Positions 51,181 through 63,942 of a DNA stretch of 64,000 nucleotides are shown here, in pieces. A model generated the notes under the pieces. The model worked only from the letters and a program-made list of their open reading frames with translations, was not told the origin of the DNA and did no database searches. A program made the translations under genes and the position numbers. Source of the DNA: Felis catus. Its lineage: Eukaryota. Numbering within the stretch: the stretch's first letter is position 1; every line of letters begins with the position of its first letter. The stretch lies in contig NC_058368.1 in the NCBI RefSeq assembly GCF_018350175.1, forward strand, positions 24,740,001 through 24,804,000. The letters run 5' to 3'.

Positions 51181-51910
51181 TTCTAATTCCTCACATTTAA
51201 CACATGCAATTAATCACCCCAGGCTATATTCAAATTAGATATGTCAACTCTAAAGTTTCTAATTCCCCACCCCTTTCGTCCCCCATCCCACTCCCCTTTC
51301 CTTTTCTACCATGAGAATCACAGAAGAAGTGAGCTATTGTTCTCCTGGATTCATGTCCCCTCTTCATTTGGTTTACAGTGGAGATTAGGATCGAAAACCA
51401 GTGACCTAATTAAGTTCTGCTGTTTAGAATAGAAACAGAATAGAATAAATAGAATAGACCCATTGACTGGATGACTTCCTAAAGCCACACATCATATTAG
51501 TGTTGAAGCTAAGACCAGAATTCAGATCCTTGGGTTCCCATTCTAGGGCATTCGGCACTGTTCCAGGTTGCTGCAAGCCAGTAAGTTCAGACCAAGTGAG
51601 AAGTATGACAACTACTATAACATCTTACAACCACACAGTGACTTTATAGCTTATAATGTGCTTCCACGCAGGCTATTGCATTTTAACCTCCTTCTCTCTT
51701 AGTTAAGTGACATTTTTAAAAAAACCAGATTTTCTCTTCTAACTTTCACTGCCATCATCCTAGTCTACATCAATTTAACTTCACCCTTGATTGTCTGATG
51801 CAGCCTTATAAAGTTTTCATCAAATTATCTGAATCTTAGCAGTGATAATTCAGACTTCTTAGTTTGGTGAATAACTATCTATGTGAACTGTAAACATTTT
51901 TAAAAAACCA

Positions 51911-52132
51911 GGGCACCTGGGTGGCTTAGTCGGTTAAGCCTCTGACTCTTGAATTTGGCTCAGGACATGATCTCAAAGTTGTGAGATCCAGCCCCATGTT
52001 GGGCTCTGAACTAAGCATGAAGCCTGCTTGGGATTCTCTCTCCCCCTCTCTCTCCCTGTCCCCTAAATGTGGGCTTTCCCTCTCTCTCTCTCTCCCTCTC
52101 AAAAATAAATAAATGAACATTAAAAAAAAAAA
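51911..52132 (+). mobile_element. CAN-SINE
   Basis: SINE head and tail. Confidence 0.9.
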
Positions 52133-53954
52133 TCTATGCAAACTGGACCCACTTCACCTAATCTTGCTGTGTAACGATTCGTCAGTTTCCAGGAGAAACC
52201 CCCAGATACTCTAATTTGTTACTGACAATCCCAAAGCCCATACTGCTCATTTGTAATTTCATTTCCTACGTTGACCACACTGCGTGGAATACCTTCCCCC
52301 ACTAGCCAGTTGAAATCATTTTCTTCTTTCCAAGTCTACCTAAAAACCTTACTCAATCCATTTTTCTTGATTAACGTAGCCCATATTTGCCATTCTCGTT
52401 AATTCACTAAACATTTAACATGTATCACATGCCAGCTGTACCCACAGTGCTGAGGGGACAGTCACACAGCACAAACCTTACTGCCATCAAACATCTCCCC
52501 ATTTAGTGTAGAAACTAGGCAGGTAAACAGTTAAACTAGAGAAGGACAAATGCTTGGTAGGAGTAAACATGGAATACTATGGGAGCATAAAGGAAGGTAC
52601 CCTGACTAGGTGAAGGGGGAACTGGTGTTTAGGGATATCTTTCCAATGGAGATGGTATCTGTCTTCTCAATTCCATGCTTCTCTATTTCTTGACACATTT
52701 CTCCATGGTTTTTTTTTTTTCTAGTATATTAAATTTCCACTTTTCCAAGAGACTCTTCACTGCCATCAAAAAAGTACACAAGTCTCCTCTGTAAAACATA
52801 TTTCACTCCACTTTTCCTAATTCCTTAAGTCTTCGTTCAAGCCCCATTCCTGCCCCAGTGCTCACTCACATGTATGAACCACTATTGCCTATACCATTAA
52901 TTGGACAAAATTCTATGCTGCTTTATACTGTTAAGGTTCTTATTTTATGTGTATCTCATCTCCAGAACTTGATTAAAGGTCTTAAAATGTCCTGAAGGGC
53001 AGGGACCAGATCACTCATGTCATTAACTCCCTATGGCATCTAGCATCTTACGCAAATTATAGATATTCATTTCAGGGTTTTATTTCAGTGTTTGTTCATG
53101 TTTATAAACTGTACTTCAGTCATTTTAAGTATTGATGGATTTCAACAACAAATATTTTGAACACCTACTATATGCAAAGTACTCCACCAAGAGCCTTTGG
53201 AAACACAGGATTATTAACAGTCAAGGTCATAGAACCTCCAAGGTGCCAAAAGGTAAGAGAGCCCCCTCCCCCAAAAAAGAATTTTCCAGCCCAAAATGTC
53301 AATAGCAAGAATTGTGTACTAGAGGATAGACTTCAACCAAGAGATGAATGAAAAAACTACAAGAAAAGAACTGGTAGTGAGCAGTAAATCCACATAACTG
53401 TGGGCATTATTGTTACACAACAGGTTGTAAATGTAGAAACAGAACATTCTAGAAATGACCATGTAGAAATGATATAACAAAAGCTGAAGGGAAAGTGGGA
53501 TAGAAAATTGGGAGGTAGTACGGGCATGTTGATTTCTACATCTTTAATAGCCAGGAATCAAAGGTAATAATTTAGCATTGGAAATCAACTGATGGACTAG
53601 GCATATGTTAACAGTATAAATGTTGACACGAAAACAATGAAATACGTTATAAAATAATGAACACAATGGACTAAAATCAGGTGACTGAGGAGACTGAAAA
53701 GGGGAAAGAAGTGGAAATATGCTTTTATCATTGCTGTACAGAGTCAAAAGATACCACATACAGAAATAGAGGATTAAGGGTATTATATAAAGTTCTGGTT
53801 ATCCGAGGGACTCATCTTCACTTTACTGCAGTGTAATTTGACAATTACTTATGTGATTATTTGACCCAAACAGAGGGCCACCAATGAAGAAGATGGACAA
53901 GGTCTCTTTTGCTCATTATTACATCCCCAATTCCTAGCTCTGTGCTAAGAAGTC

Positions 53955-54713
53955 CAGTCAGTTCTTGTTATTGCTGGCCGTTCTGTTCTGTAAAATCTCA
54001 GTGAACACTGAATTATCCAATACTGAGCCATTGCTTCTAAGGAAAATATAGGGTTAGGTTCCTCTAAACTTCTGGTCTCAACATTATCAGCAACCAATCA
54101 ATACATAATCTTGTTTTATCTGTGTTTCTATTTAAAGACACTTAACATATATTGTTGATTCGTTAATATTGAACAAACAGCCAGCAACACTGCAACTCAT
54201 GCCTGAAGGAAGCTTGACTAACGCATGCTTTTCTCTGTAAAGGCACATCGCAGCCTTCTTGTGCTCAGGAACACCCGACAGCACTTGAACACTATTCCTG
54301 GGGGTGATGGCAAAAGCACCAACAAAAGGCACAAAAATTTTAAAAACATGGCAGAGGAAAAAGACTGAAAACAGAGTGAGAAAAGGGCAGTTGTTTACAG
54401 TACGAGAGCTGAAACAAGAAGGCAGAGCATTTTCCTTATTGGACGTCAGCTGGGAACATGTATGTTTTCACTGTCTGCCTCATATCCATCCACTAATGAC
54501 TGAGAGTTACCATATGTATTACTCTCCTGCATAGTTTCACCTATGATAAAAGGAAAAAGAGCTGTCTCTACTGCTCTGAAGTCTTCTTCATTGACATATC
54601 GTTGAGTTAAAAAGATAACATACAGCACAAGGTACTGGTTTGGGCGTTAGAAATAATTGTAGCAGTTAGGTAACTTTGCACCCATAGAGTCCACAAATAA
54701 TGAAGGTCAACTG
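53955..54713. mobile_element. MER82-like TcMar-Tigger DNA transposon
   Basis: Begins CAGTCAGTTCT.GTTATT and ends AATAATGAAGGTCAACTG (imperfect TIRs); internal GAACACTGAATTA..AATACTGA.CCATTG and AAGGCACATC.CAGCCTTCTTG match recalled MER82. Confidence 0.8.
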
Positions 54714-54877
54714 TAACTGCAGAATTGAATTGGATGCTATCCTCTCACAACAAACATTTGGAAGTTACTGGTTACTAGTGAGTGTCTTTTTTACTATTGT
54801 GATTCTGAACCGTGCAGCCTGAGAAATTTCTACAAAAAATAAATAAACTTAATAACATATCTGATTAATACACATAC

Positions 54878-54962
54878 CTGCATAGACTCTCTTCTTAGGT
54901 AAAGGCAGCTTAGGGAGTTTTGGAGGTAAAGGTCTTCGAAGTAGTTGTGGGTGGTTTTGCAT
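54878..54962 (-). CDS. LRRC63: LRRC63 first coding exon (MQNHPQLLRRPLPPKLPKLPLPKKRVYA, ends phase 1)
   Basis: ATG at 54962 (context AAAATG) with an in-frame stop upstream; donor CAG|GTATGT. Peptide resembles the recalled human LRRC63 N-terminus (MQKPPLLLRRPLPPK). 85 nt. Confidence 0.88.
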
Positions 54963-55899
54963 TTTAACTAACAATGAACACTTTTTCACAGCTATTGGTT
55001 AATCGGGAATTGAAAAGGTTTTCAATATGTTTGAATTGTTGCTGAAAAGTAATTCATTAGAATCTACATTTTAGTGAAAATCATTCTTTGCTAATACTGT
55101 GCTGAGTCCAAGCAGAATTCCTATAGAAGAAAAAGATAAGGAAAAAAAAAATTCTTTAAAACTTCTAGACAGAATCTAGATAAAATTTAGGTTTATGACT
55201 AACACAATTTTAAAATACATACACTATTACCAATCAGGATCATTCTAAAATTTCTCATATTAGCAAAATGTTCAATCTGCTCATGCTATATCATCTAGTA
55301 GATACTGATTTTCCCGAACGGTAAAAATAACACTCATTTTTTCACCTCTACCTTCAAACTGTTATTACTTTACATATTTGGGAAAAGATTTGGTCTAAAA
55401 GATTAAGGCAATCCCTCCATGATAGCCTCTTAAGACTCGACATATCTGTTTACAGTTCACAGGTAACTTGTTTTCTTTCTGCAAAAGGACTTGTTTTAAG
55501 TTTCAACCACGACTAGTTGGGTCATACTCTTTAACCCAAAACTAAGATGGTCTTCAATATAATCAGATTTTCCAGGATCTCTGTTCCAATTGGTACAATT
55601 TAGAAATAATGCCAGAAGCTCAAAACATGCGCTAAGTTCTCAAGGCAACATCAAAGTGCCTGGCACATCAGGATTCCGTTGACAGTTGGGAAGGGAATGC
55701 TCTGGAGCTGCATAAATGGGCCGTTTTATCCCGCAAAGATAACTTTGCACACAAGCGCTCAAGGTATGGTCCCTGTTAGTACGTCCCCCTTGATGCCGGT
55801 AATTTTCCTTCCGTATTATTGGAGAAGATGCGCTGGACCCCTACACTATCCTTCAAGGCAATCAGCTGCTTCTCAAAACGACCGGCTTTTCCTCTTTCA

Positions 55900-56450
55900 T
55901 CTTTTCCTCGGAATTGAGGCAGCGAGGTAAAGGTCAAGGCAGGTTGCGAGTCTCCCGCGAGAAGCAGTCCGCCGGGAAAGCACCTAGATTAACTACCCTC
56001 GACCCCCACCCCCGCCGCAAGGCCTGGCCTGAGGCCAAGGGCACGGGCCCTAGCAACCGGAAGCCGATAAACCCGCCCAGCCCGCGGGACTCGCCGGCGC
56101 TGGAGAGGAGGGCGGGGCCGGGCGGGGCGCGTGCCCGCCGAGCCCCGCGGAACCGGCCCCGCCCCACGGCTCGGCGCGCGCGGCGCCCACGGGCCTCTCT
56201 CTCCGCCGCGGTGTCCTGCTGCCGGGAGGTTGCGGGCGGTGGGGGCTGGAGGAGAAGCCCGGTCCGTGTGTCGCTGCTGTACGGAAGCCCGTGGTGACAA
56301 TCGTTATTACTTTTCTCCTTCTTAATGACATTGACCACTATTATTTATTTACTCTCCTTGATTACACGATGTATCTAGGGTCTGGGCTGGCGTTCCTTAA
56401 TGCTGCACTTGGGCGCAGCGGGGTCCCGTGGCTGATTTTGTAGTGCCCCC
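55900..56450. promoter_or_regulatory. CpG-island promoter of LRRC63, probably bidirectional
   Basis: Very high GC and CpG density ~1 kb upstream of the first coding exon; GC boxes GGGCGGGGC at 56110-56128 and CCCCGCCCC at ~56157-56165; no TATA box seen. Confidence 0.85.
56045..56063. promoter_or_regulatory. RFX X-box-like site (GGGCCCTAGCAAC) abutting an ETS/GABP core (CCGGAAG)
   Basis: Motifs read directly inside the CpG island; the TAGCAAC half-site is typical of RFX-regulated ciliary/testis gene promoters. Confidence 0.55.
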
Positions 56451-58926
56451 GAAAAGCGAACATTCTGTTTTCTTTCTCTTACTTGAATGCAAACTGTTTT
56501 GCCTTTCTGAGCCTATAAAGTTCCTGGAGTAGGAAGAGGGGCATTAAGGGTCTCCAAGCGGGCTTTAAAAGAAACCCACCCGTTTCTCACGGTTACAGTC
56601 ATTTGTTTTGATCATAGTATGGCTTGTCTCCTCTCTCTCTGTGTTGACGATCCTGTACGTGCAGGGCTCAGTACATCGTCTGTGTTTGCGTGTATGTGCA
56701 TGTTTCTTTGAAGATTTGAGGGAGAAAGAGTATGAGGGAAAACTCATCAGGTAGGTGTGTAAATCCCAACTCAAGAAAGTAATGCAGATGGAACTTCCTC
56801 GCAGTCTGATTTTTTTTTTCTTAAGTACAAATGTAGGAACTTTAGTAACAGATGTTGGAAGGTGAGAGACTTCGTTATAAATCTGTCTAGCTTTGGGGAT
56901 CCTTTAAGATTTACTCCCTAACCAAGTCTTCCTTCTTCTCCTTAGAAGCAAGCATAGTCCATGAAAAAAGTGGAAAAGTAAAAAAGTATTTCATCAGACT
57001 CTGGGGAATAGGCACCTTGTTTTTCTTTACAGTATTAGCATGTGGTTTCTTTTCCTTGTAAGATTAATGTGTCCCAATGAGGCCGCGGCCACAGACCATG
57101 AATTTATTCCGTTTTTGCCTATAGATTTTGCTCCGCGGATTGATAAGCCTCTCAGAAAGACAAGAAAATTGACAGCATTAGGCAGATCTGATTGCTCAAT
57201 TTTGTCTCAATTAGTATTTGTTGTGCATAGTGTGTAAGTGTGAAAAATGTTTATATTTTTAGGCCTAAAAATGTGTTTCTCATATAAATGTGTGGTCCAG
57301 TATTTAAATTGAGTCAGGTTCCTATGCTCTTAAAAGTTGTTTGAACCATGCCAACTACTGAGATTCAGTTTTACTGACCAATGCTTGGTCTTTAAAATTT
57401 ATGCTTCGTGTTGCATGGTCAAAATCAAGGCAATGTGCTTATCAATAGTTTTTTTAAAAATGCTTTGTCATATATGGAATCAGGCCCCAGGCTTCATTCC
57501 CTGCAGATTCCTTCTAGCAAGTACCAGGTAGAACCCAGGGCTTTAAATGTGGAAATGATGTACAAATACAGGCTGGATTTAGAAAGTACAAATCACATTC
57601 AATTTGGATTATTTTATTTTTATCAATTTTTTTTTTTACTATTTTTGAAAATGTTACTACCTCCATTTTTTTCCCCTTTCAAAAAAATCATGTCTCTTTA
57701 AATACGGTAGCTCCGTCGTTGATTTGAAGGATTTATTTTACCTGTTGTACAGTACAGCCAGCCTGTTTACTTGTCCCATTAGCCTTGCAATTAGACAGAA
57801 ACAGGTGATGAGAAAAAACTGAACCACAACACTTCTGTCTTTTAGCAGATTGTATTAAGGAGGCCAGAGTAATGGTGAGCCAAGGTTATATACATCCTGT
57901 GTTTTGTGCCTTTTTTTTTTTATGTTGCTAAACTGAGATAAAAGCTTATGCAAAAGAAACCCTAGGCACCCCACAGGTAATGCTCTTGATTTTCCTAATG
58001 GTGGGGAACACTTGGGGAACCTCAGATTTGCCATTGGTGAAAGGGTCGCATGGTCTGCTGGAAAGGTGTAGCGATTGTTGCTAGAAATCTTTACCATTTT
58101 CCCAGTAGCTCTCTCGTTTATTTATTTTCCTTTTAAACAGAACAGAGGTTTACTAACCATTTTGGTCAGTGCAGATTTAATCTAACGTTTGCCCTATGGA
58201 AATAACTGGAGTAATTTGTATCTTTATGCTCCGTAGTTTTTAGAAGTTCTTTTAGAAAATGAAGAGTTATTTTTGAGTGCACATTAGTTAAGCTCTTGAG
58301 TCCCCATGGTAACCCAGGGCATTTCTCAAAATGCTTTTGAGAAAGAGGTGTTTTCTTGGTCTGCATTTACCTGCTTAATTATGTAGCCAGTACTGCAAAA
58401 TGTCTTTATTCTAGTCACCCGTCATGGTGGCTTAAATGTATACACATATTTCTTGTGTTTCCAGCTACTGCATACAGGACAGTTTTATATTTTCTTAAAT
58501 GTTAATAAAGATATTTTGAAGCTGCTTTTCTTTTTACCTCTCATATCTAAACATTTCACTTCTGTTCTTCATTATTTTAATTATTTTGGGCCAGTTATTT
58601 CTTTTTGTCTTTCAGGATGACAGTTATTTCCTTATCTTTGTTTGAAGTAGAGATTGATCCTGAGATTTCGCCCCCCCAAAAATCATTACTAAGGAAATGA
58701 TTTAAAAATCATTAATAAGAAAATATCATGTAACCTGCATCATAGAGGTTTTAAAAATCCGAGACATAATGGAAGGATAGCGATTTATTGGAAACCTGCT
58801 ATGCATAAGGTCTTTTGTAGGTGCTGAACTTTAAACTTTATTAAAACTTAACAATGGTTCGTTTGAAGCTTTATAATTTTGTACATTGAAATGAAACTTT
58901 AAATCATTTTCAAAGACTTTCTCTTA

Positions 58927-59128
58927 TTTTTCTTTTTAACATTTATTTGTTTTTAAGAGAGGGGAGGGTAAGGGAGGGGCAGAGAGAGGAAGACAGAGGA
59001 TCCCAGCAGGCTCTAAGCTGTGAGCACCGGATCCTGGGCTGGAACTCCTGAACGGAACCCCTAAGATTGTGATCTGAGCTGAAATCAAGAGTTGGCTGCT
59101 CAACTGACCGAGCCACCCAGGTGCCCCT
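58927..59128 (-). mobile_element. CAN-SINE
   Basis: SINE body ending CCCAGGTGCCCC. Confidence 0.88.
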
Positions 59129-59559
59129 CAATGATTTTATTTATCTATAATTACAACTACTTGAGGTCTTTACACTTTTAAATCTTTTTTTGTGTTATGT
59201 TGTTCGGGTAGAATAGTGTTATTTATTCACACTACCCTGAATACTTGGAAATGATTTTGTACTTCCTTTGCTTCAGTGATGGTTTTAGACTGTTCATCTA
59301 TACCCAGCGGATATTAGATATCTGTGTATATTGTGTGACTGTGTCCTTCCCCAAAGAAAGGTAAATAATATTTGTTTCCTTAATGTTAGGTTGACTAAGC
59401 AACATTGCCTTTAGTGCTGTGAATGGTGAAATGTCCATGCGCGTTACTTACTATGTGGAAGGCACTGTTCTAAGTGTTGATTTTGTTTTATTTTACCCCG
59501 CAGTTAATCATGTTAATTGAAAATTCTAGTGTCTGCGTCAAGTTTCAGTCAAAGGCTGC

Positions 59560-59790
59560 ATAACATAGCTCAGCTGGGTTCAAATCCCTGCCTGCCCCTT
59601 CTTAGCTCTCTGCCTTTGGACCAGCTCCTGAATTGCTTAACCTCTCTAAGCCCTAGTAGTTTCCTCACCTGTGAAATTGGGGTAGAATGGTACCTAACTC
59701 AGGGTATTGGGAGGATTTAAAGCAATAATCAGTGTCAAGGACTTAGTTTTGTGCTGGGTACAGATGAGTCCTCCCTGGATGCTAATTGTT
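59560..59790 (+). mobile_element. MIR SINE remnant
   Basis: CTGGGTTCAAATCCC...CTTAACCTCTCTAAGCC...TTTCCTCACCTGTGAAATTGGG core. Confidence 0.75.
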
Positions 59791-61256
59791 AGAAGACAAA
59801 TGGTACAGGTGTCCTATCCCCGTTGTCCCTGCTTTATGTGATGATAGTTGACGTAAACCAAAGTATTCAGAGCATTGGGGGGTCAATCCTGGGCATTTAT
59901 TTGTCCATGAAGTATCACACTTAGTTTGCTCATGTCTCCGTCATGACAGAAAACCTAGCCTCCCGATCTCAGATTGTGAAACAAATGCGTGCTGTAGACA
60001 GGTTTCCGATCCTTATGCCCCTCCGGGCTGCCGAGGAGGGACAGCTCAGAGGATGTGGGACAGCTTGTACCCAAAAGAGTCCAAGTAGGTGATGTAAGTA
60101 AGGAGACCTTGATTCGTCCTTCGCGTGAGTTGGGTCCGCGAGCTGCTGTCAGGATTGATTGAACTGGACTGAATCCATGATGAATCTCAACCAGTAACCC
60201 AAGGGTGAAAGTCACCTTGTTGTCAACATCCTCCGGGCCAGCTGGTGAGCCTAACGAAGGTGGAAAAGGCGAGAGGGGCTGCAGTGTGACTCCCCTTTGA
60301 ATGGCTAGAGGGAAACGTATTCCAAGAGCACATAACCCTTCCCAGGTTTTTTCTAATGTGCTGAGTCCTTGGAACCAGCTGGGATTCAATCCTAAATTTA
60401 TAACAAACATGTGCCATAGGCATAAGGTATATGAGCTGCATGCTCTCTCAGTCCTCCAAAATGACATGTAGCATTTCGAACCACAGGCGAGCAGAAATGC
60501 TTTGTGATGACACTCTTCATTCTAAGACCAATAGCAGTTTATGACCTTAAACAGTAAATACAGTGGATTTGCTCTTCAAACCTATCATTCTGCTTTATGC
60601 TCACAACCCTGACTAAGCGTATGTTTTATTCTTCCGTGTAACGAGGCTGAAATTGCATGTGGGGACTCGGGTAGGGAAGGACACAGGTTGCCTGGACAGG
60701 TGATGGTGCGTCGTGCTGTCTGTGTTGACAAGGAACTTGCATTTCTTACACCACAGCTGGACAAGTAGAAGGGCGGCCGACTGTTTCTGTATCGCACAGT
60801 GAGATTAGCGTGTTCTTGACAGTCCCATGGGATTTACAACAGTCTCAATCCCCCACCCTCATGTTTTGGTGTCAGAGACTTTATCCGGGATGAAAAGAGG
60901 AAGTTCCAGGACACTGCTTGTCTCCTCACCCTGTCCCTCGTAGTGACCTGCCTCGGTGGCATGGAGAACATTGCTTTCATTTCTTCTGCCAGCTTTTCCA
61001 GGTGATGTGATATCCTCCAACGGAAGGAGATGTGGTGTCCAGCTCCTATCAGGAGTCATGGGGAAGACAGACTATAGTTCTTTACTCTTCCATCCACGAG
61101 TAAAGATGGATGGGACACCTTTACAAGCAGAACACCTACGCTTTCATCTGTTTGACATATTAATATGGCTCTGCTTACGATTTGCTTTAAAGAAAAGGTT
61201 CTGTGACTGCAAGAGGTTTGCGTGCAGACGACCAAATAAGATGAGCCTTTGTGCTC

Positions 61257-61414
61257 CTGCTTCTCATTGGACGGTCCCTTGCCATCCTGCTTCTCCTTGG
61301 ATGGTACCTTCTCCTTGGATGGTACCTTTTCATTGGATGGTCCCTTCTCATTGGATGGTCCTTTGCCATCCTGCTTCTCATTGGATGGTCCCTTCTCACT
61401 GGATGGTCCCTTGC
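61257..61414. repeat. Minisatellite, 18-bp core (CCTTCTCATTGGATGGTC) with 30-bp variants
   Basis: About 7 copies read directly; produces the repetitive pseudo-ORFs in several frames. Confidence 0.9.
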
Positions 61415-63736
61415 TGAGCCATGGAACTCCTATATGTCACTGCTGGTGAGGTCCCTTCCTTGTGCTCAGGAGCCCCACACACCCCTTCACTAACCAACCT
61501 ACCCAGAAGCAGACCCATAAGGAGATGCCTGTAGTCCCCCCTCCTTTCAGCAGGAGCTAAGAAAACCAGAGCATTCCCTCTTCCCTGCTCCCCCACCCGG
61601 CCCCACCCCATCTCCCAAACCCAGACTCATGGCATTAAAAAGGATTGCTTCCAGTGGGTTTGTAACTTGGTGTATCACTTTACCCAAGTGATCCTACTTG
61701 GGAGGTGAAAAGGCATCTCCTCCTGCACACTCACTCTGGTTATTCTCAGTGCATAGTTGTGAGACACTTGGTGTGTCCCCGGTAAAGGTAAGAGGAAGGT
61801 GGCACTAATGGGGTCCTTGAGGAGCCGAAGCAATTGGCCACGGTGACTGAAAGTGGATCCATTAATAGAACAAATCTGCCTTGCCACCGTTTCTTGCTCA
61901 GTAGAGATTAGTTAGGAACCGGAAGGGCCGGTTTTGCTAATCTGCTGTCAAATAAGCTGCGATGAATTAGAGCAGTGTGCTTTTCAGACCCACACCTGAG
62001 AATTAGACCTGGCCCAGAGTGTTTATTAATACATTCATCTCATTTATCCTTATTTTCAAGAGGAGAGAGTCATTTTGAAAAAGAAATGTTTTCCATAAGG
62101 CATAGAAGTATTAGAGCATCAAATGCTGCAAGAACATCCCTTAGTCGTGGAGGTGTGGATTGTAAGAAGCCAGAATTTTCTGTATGAGTTATTGACATGA
62201 GCTGGCTGGAGAATACAGGAATCACAGAAGGGAGGGGCTCTGGCTGAAATGGAAGCAAGGATCTTCTCTCCTGCTTGACCTCTAGACCTCCCCCAAATGA
62301 CCTCTGCCCTCTTAAAACATCCGCACAAATCAGCACCTTTCTAGTAAGAACAGGTAAGGGAACCGTGGCACCCATGTATGGGCACAATGGTAGCCCTCAG
62401 ATGGCCAAGCATCGGGGGGCTGGCTCAGCCCTCCACCATCGCTCAGTCCCCGGCTTGCAACCTGGCTGGCTCGCCAGGTCAGTCCACCTAGCACACAATG
62501 GGACAAGGAGGCACCTGACCCCAAGAGGGAAGGGGTGTGTTACCTTTCCAACAAGACCTTCCCCACCCCCACCCCGGCTCCCCAGATGCTCCACCAGCAG
62601 TGGTGATCCAAGGGGGTGGCTGGGAACGGGAAGCGAGGCTACCCTGGGCCTCAGGCACCAGGGGAACCGGGGGCCGGGTTCAGCCTGCTCCGGCCCCAGG
62701 GCTGGAGAAACACGGTGACGGTTCAGCCACCCGCCTCGGGGAGAGCCCCTGGTGACTCACAGACAAGAGGCCAGAGAGCATCTGCTGTGTCCGAGAACCC
62801 AGGCCTGTCAGCACCACCGAGAGGCAGAGGATGGGAGGGGGTCCTCCACGCCTTCCTGCACACACTGCCCACCAGCAGGGAGGAGAAGGGTGGCCACGGG
62901 CATGGGGAGAAGAGTGGTCCCATTCCCCAGGAGTGCTTTGGGCAACCTGAGCTGTGGCCCTCCCAGGAGAGCACGAGGTCACCACGTCCATCTGACAGGC
63001 ACCTTTCTTCCTGGTACCGCATAGCGCCTCTCTGAAGTCCAAGGGACAGACTTCTGATGGGGTCAGGGTGAAGCACAGGAAGTTGGCACCCGGGAGGGCG
63101 CACAGCCCTGATGAGAGGTAAGCTCAAGATCCTGTCTCCTGAGACCGTGAACGACTTTTATGGCAGTTGTGTGCCATTTGTTGTTAGACAGTGGGCACGT
63201 TTCCTGAGAGTGTGACCGTGAAGTTTACATAAGTTGTATCATTACTGAGTCACTTCAGGACAGCTCTAGCCGAAGTCTCCAAAGGAAGATCCAAGAGAGT
63301 TGTTGGGATTGCTGTGTGTGTTTTCAACCTAAAAAGTTTCTACAGCTAAACTTGGTGGGACTCAGGGACCGTGTTGTCTCAGGTGGTGAACTTCTGTGAA
63401 GCCTGTTTCCTCACCTTTAAGGCTCTTTACATATTCATGCCCTCTGGTTCTATTACCAGTTTCCATTCATGAACAATTATTGATCAATAACCGTTAGGCG
63501 TAGCGAAGTAATTATTGAATATCTTAACATTTCCCACATAGACCAATCTTGGAGTAAAAATGTCTATAAGTCTATTTGATTTTCAAGTACTAGACTTGTA
63601 ACTAGGGGTAATTTGTTTGCTATTAAATAATATCCGTTAAGCTTGGTGGATGTTCACACTGAGTTTGGTATTTCCGTAACTTAACAAAAATGTGTGCACT
63701 TTATGAATTTTGATCAGCTCCTCCCTCAACTTTTGT

Positions 63737-63942
63737 ATTTTTGTGTTATTTATTTTTTAACGTTTATTTGAGAGAGAGTGTGTGTGAGCAGGGGAGGGGT
63801 GTGTGGAGGACGGGAAGTGAGAGATGGAGAGAGAGAATCCCAAGCAGACTCTGTGCTGTCAGCACAGGGCTCCCAGTGGGGTCCAGTCTCCCAAACCCTG
63901 AGATCGATCATAACCTTAATCGACTCAGCCACCCAGGAGCCA
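63737..63942 (-). mobile_element. CAN-SINE (diverged)
   Basis: SINE body and T-rich tail. Confidence 0.85.

Noticed and set aside
55914..56338. Overlapping Arg/Pro/Gly-rich ORFs
   Set aside because: Expected artefact of stop-codon scarcity in a CpG island.
59955..60467. 170-aa ATG ORF on the - strand
   Set aside because: No recognisable domain, splice context or homology; treated as a chance ORF pending a search.
61257..61414. Minisatellite as a CRISPR-like array or coding repeat
   Set aside because: Mammalian DNA; units are tandem with no unique spacers; no cas genes.
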